In this document: positions 63,601 through 64,000 of the stretch, one piece after another | How the letters are laid out: the number at the start of each line of letters is the position of its first letter | Numbering within the stretch: position 1 is the stretch's first letter | Source of the DNA: a virus | Reading direction: 5' to 3' (one strand) | IMG/VR virus record: IMGVR_UViG_3300046170_000299 | DNA: 64,000 nucleotides | Made by a program: the position numbers and the translations under genes | The notes under the pieces: generated by a model | The model's database searches: none | What the model was told of the DNA's origin: nothing | Seen by the model: only the letters and a program-made list of their open reading frames with translations

Positions 63601-64000
63601 AGCTGTTGACGGTGGTATGATTGTTAAAGGCACCACTGACAAGTCGATTCTCTGGAAGGGAGCAGACGCTGGTGTCACATATAACACTTGGGTTTCTTCT
63701 GAACACTTTGATCTTGCTTCTGGAAAGTATTTCTCACTGAATGCAATTAAAATTGCAGATCCAAATACATCAACCATCGGACCTAATGCAGGAGCAGCAG
63801 CAGGACAGATTGATGTTGCTGGTGGAACTGCTGGATATACTTTAGGTAGTGCAACTACTGGTGCTGGTGCAACATCATTCAACTTTACTGGAACAGGTGA
63901 GGTTAAGCTACCAGTTGGTGCAACTGCAAATCGTGCTGGAGAGACTGGAAATACTGCAGCACTTGTTGGTATGCTGAGATATAATACTGAGACAAATAAA
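60653..64000 (+). CDS. large tail-fibre/virion protein, 3' truncated by the window end (at least 1116 codons)
   Basis: ATG at 60653 after TAAATA at 60616 (MADRFPLIVNP...). The same frame ends GMLRYNTETNK at 64000. It is absent from the track, consistent with no in-frame stop. Contains QTLTNK repeats and NTAxG/NIGIG solenoid repeats near 62790-63120. Confidence 0.85.
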   Translation, partial: MADRFPLIVNPVSQKIEELISGDNLDLTGNNFVISGDTGNGKYLTSDGTSVFWGTPGNVYLTQTQTLTNKSFEGCTIVGTLNTLTNIPNNSLINSQITVNGTAIALGGTVTTPDNNTTYAISAQDGSGASQKILRLTSGGNAGAGVDDDVILAVGVPSSVPAGNKALSLFLDRSGEAITISGYQEDDNTVTTLQSATGGTAQSGDITIAAAGSSIISQDAATKTITITSSYVDTITRLRATTGQVFADADFTFLDGGATTVTQGVDGNGDPTITYSSTDTITRLKGGGAGSFVTGDTTITGGTNVTVSQAGNTISVASIDTDTITKLGANNGVVSSGDFQFSGAGATSVSSQTVAGVTTFTFTSANDDTGATLTASGGVILSGVDFRIKNYSNFSGNTVMKWDAGNLQLTDTLITDNGSTVTINGDLVVEGTQTILNTSTLQVEDNDIELRKGVNLTGANGGITLNRTSDPSGNITSYVSLQWNESSGYWRSWDGSVEKRFVTEGETQVLTNKTLTAPTLTAPILGAATATSINGLEIASTASATLDIATSKTLDVDRDLVLTSDNSTSSISVNFRQGGNVAFTSDTLASFASTTSTQLRGLITDTTGLDKLVFQTNPTILTGITTTSPGFNLLNSGVTNLTMAGAASIITIGAAGGTTTFNQSVTVNEDLTVGGASTDNLLCNAQFNSENADLLIRGTGTDPMRVGRGGSAVNTNTAMGVRTLNSVTSGSQNTGYGYETLFTTNSGASNTAFGHRVLRANGIGANNIGLGKDVLLVNTAGSRNIGIGNNALEQNVDGNHNVCIGHYAGFDVFGDGNVLIGPAYNENSGDVTFRPPNISGDNQLVIGSGGQAWVRGDSNFDVTFNNDVTVDVDLTVKGNLNVLGQQTITQSNIVRIADKNIELAYVVSRQFVATAVTGTANITAINPTAGLIPGMEVTTSTNGFTVPPNTTIVSITANAAVLSNNITGSGQITLTAIGPSDAAAVDGGMIVKGTTDKSILWKGADAGVTYNTWVSSEHFDLASGKYFSLNAIKIADPNTSTIGPNAGAAAGQIDVAGGTAGYTLGSATTGAGATSFNFTGTGEVKLPVGATANRAGETGNTAALVGMLRYNTETNK

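Noticed and set aside
60649-63882. Several long minus-strand ORFs (e.g. 61948-62637, 63319-63882)
   Set aside because: They mirror the Gly/Thr/Ala-rich codons of the + strand fibre ORF; V/P/A-rich with no independent signal.
55367-64000. Diversity-generating retroelement or CRISPR array in the repeat-rich fibre region
   Set aside because: No reverse transcriptase, no adenine-specific TR/VR pair and no regularly spaced repeat-spacer array were seen; the repeats are coding modules.
1-64000. Stop-codon reassignment
   Set aside because: Core genes translate full length in the standard code, TAA, TGA and TAG all end genes, and no suppressor tRNA is present.

Overview
A 64-kb segment of a T4-like marine cyanophage (cyanomyovirus) genome, with essentially all genes on the + strand. 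In order it holds small hypothetical genes and a thermonuclease, then the packaging/tail/head block (gp17, gp18-gp23, gp3), then recombination, transcription and replication genes (uvsY, uvsW, gp55, gp47/46, peptidase-vWA plus CobS-like AAA+, gp45/44/62, regA, hsp20, gp43, uvsX, gp41, gp61, nrdA/B). Host-derived and auxiliary genes include dam, a denV-like glycosylase, mazG, pebS, pcyA, talC, glutaredoxin and two 2OG-Fe(II) oxygenases. Three tRNAs (Arg-UCU, Leu-UAG, Val-UAC) are present. The window ends in a fibre/virion-protein cluster with a subtilase-cupredoxin fusion and a fibre ORF of more than 1100 codons that runs off the end. The most notable items are: (i) a late operon encoding a putative nuclease, an RNA-ligase-like KxDG protein and a HIGH-family nucleotidyltransferase, behind a T4-style SD-sequestering hairpin; (ii) an MvaI/BcnI-family endonuclease plus beta-class methyltransferase inserted between uvsX and gp41 with its own promoter; (iii) a tandem-pseudoknot structured RNA with three UGGYG motifs; (iv) four Sm-like paralogues; (v) a fixed-distance palindromic element upstream of three sigma70-type promoters, and a near-consensus antisense promoter; (vi) a +1 frameshift in terminase gp17. 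Family assignments come from motif recognition by eye, not from database searches.
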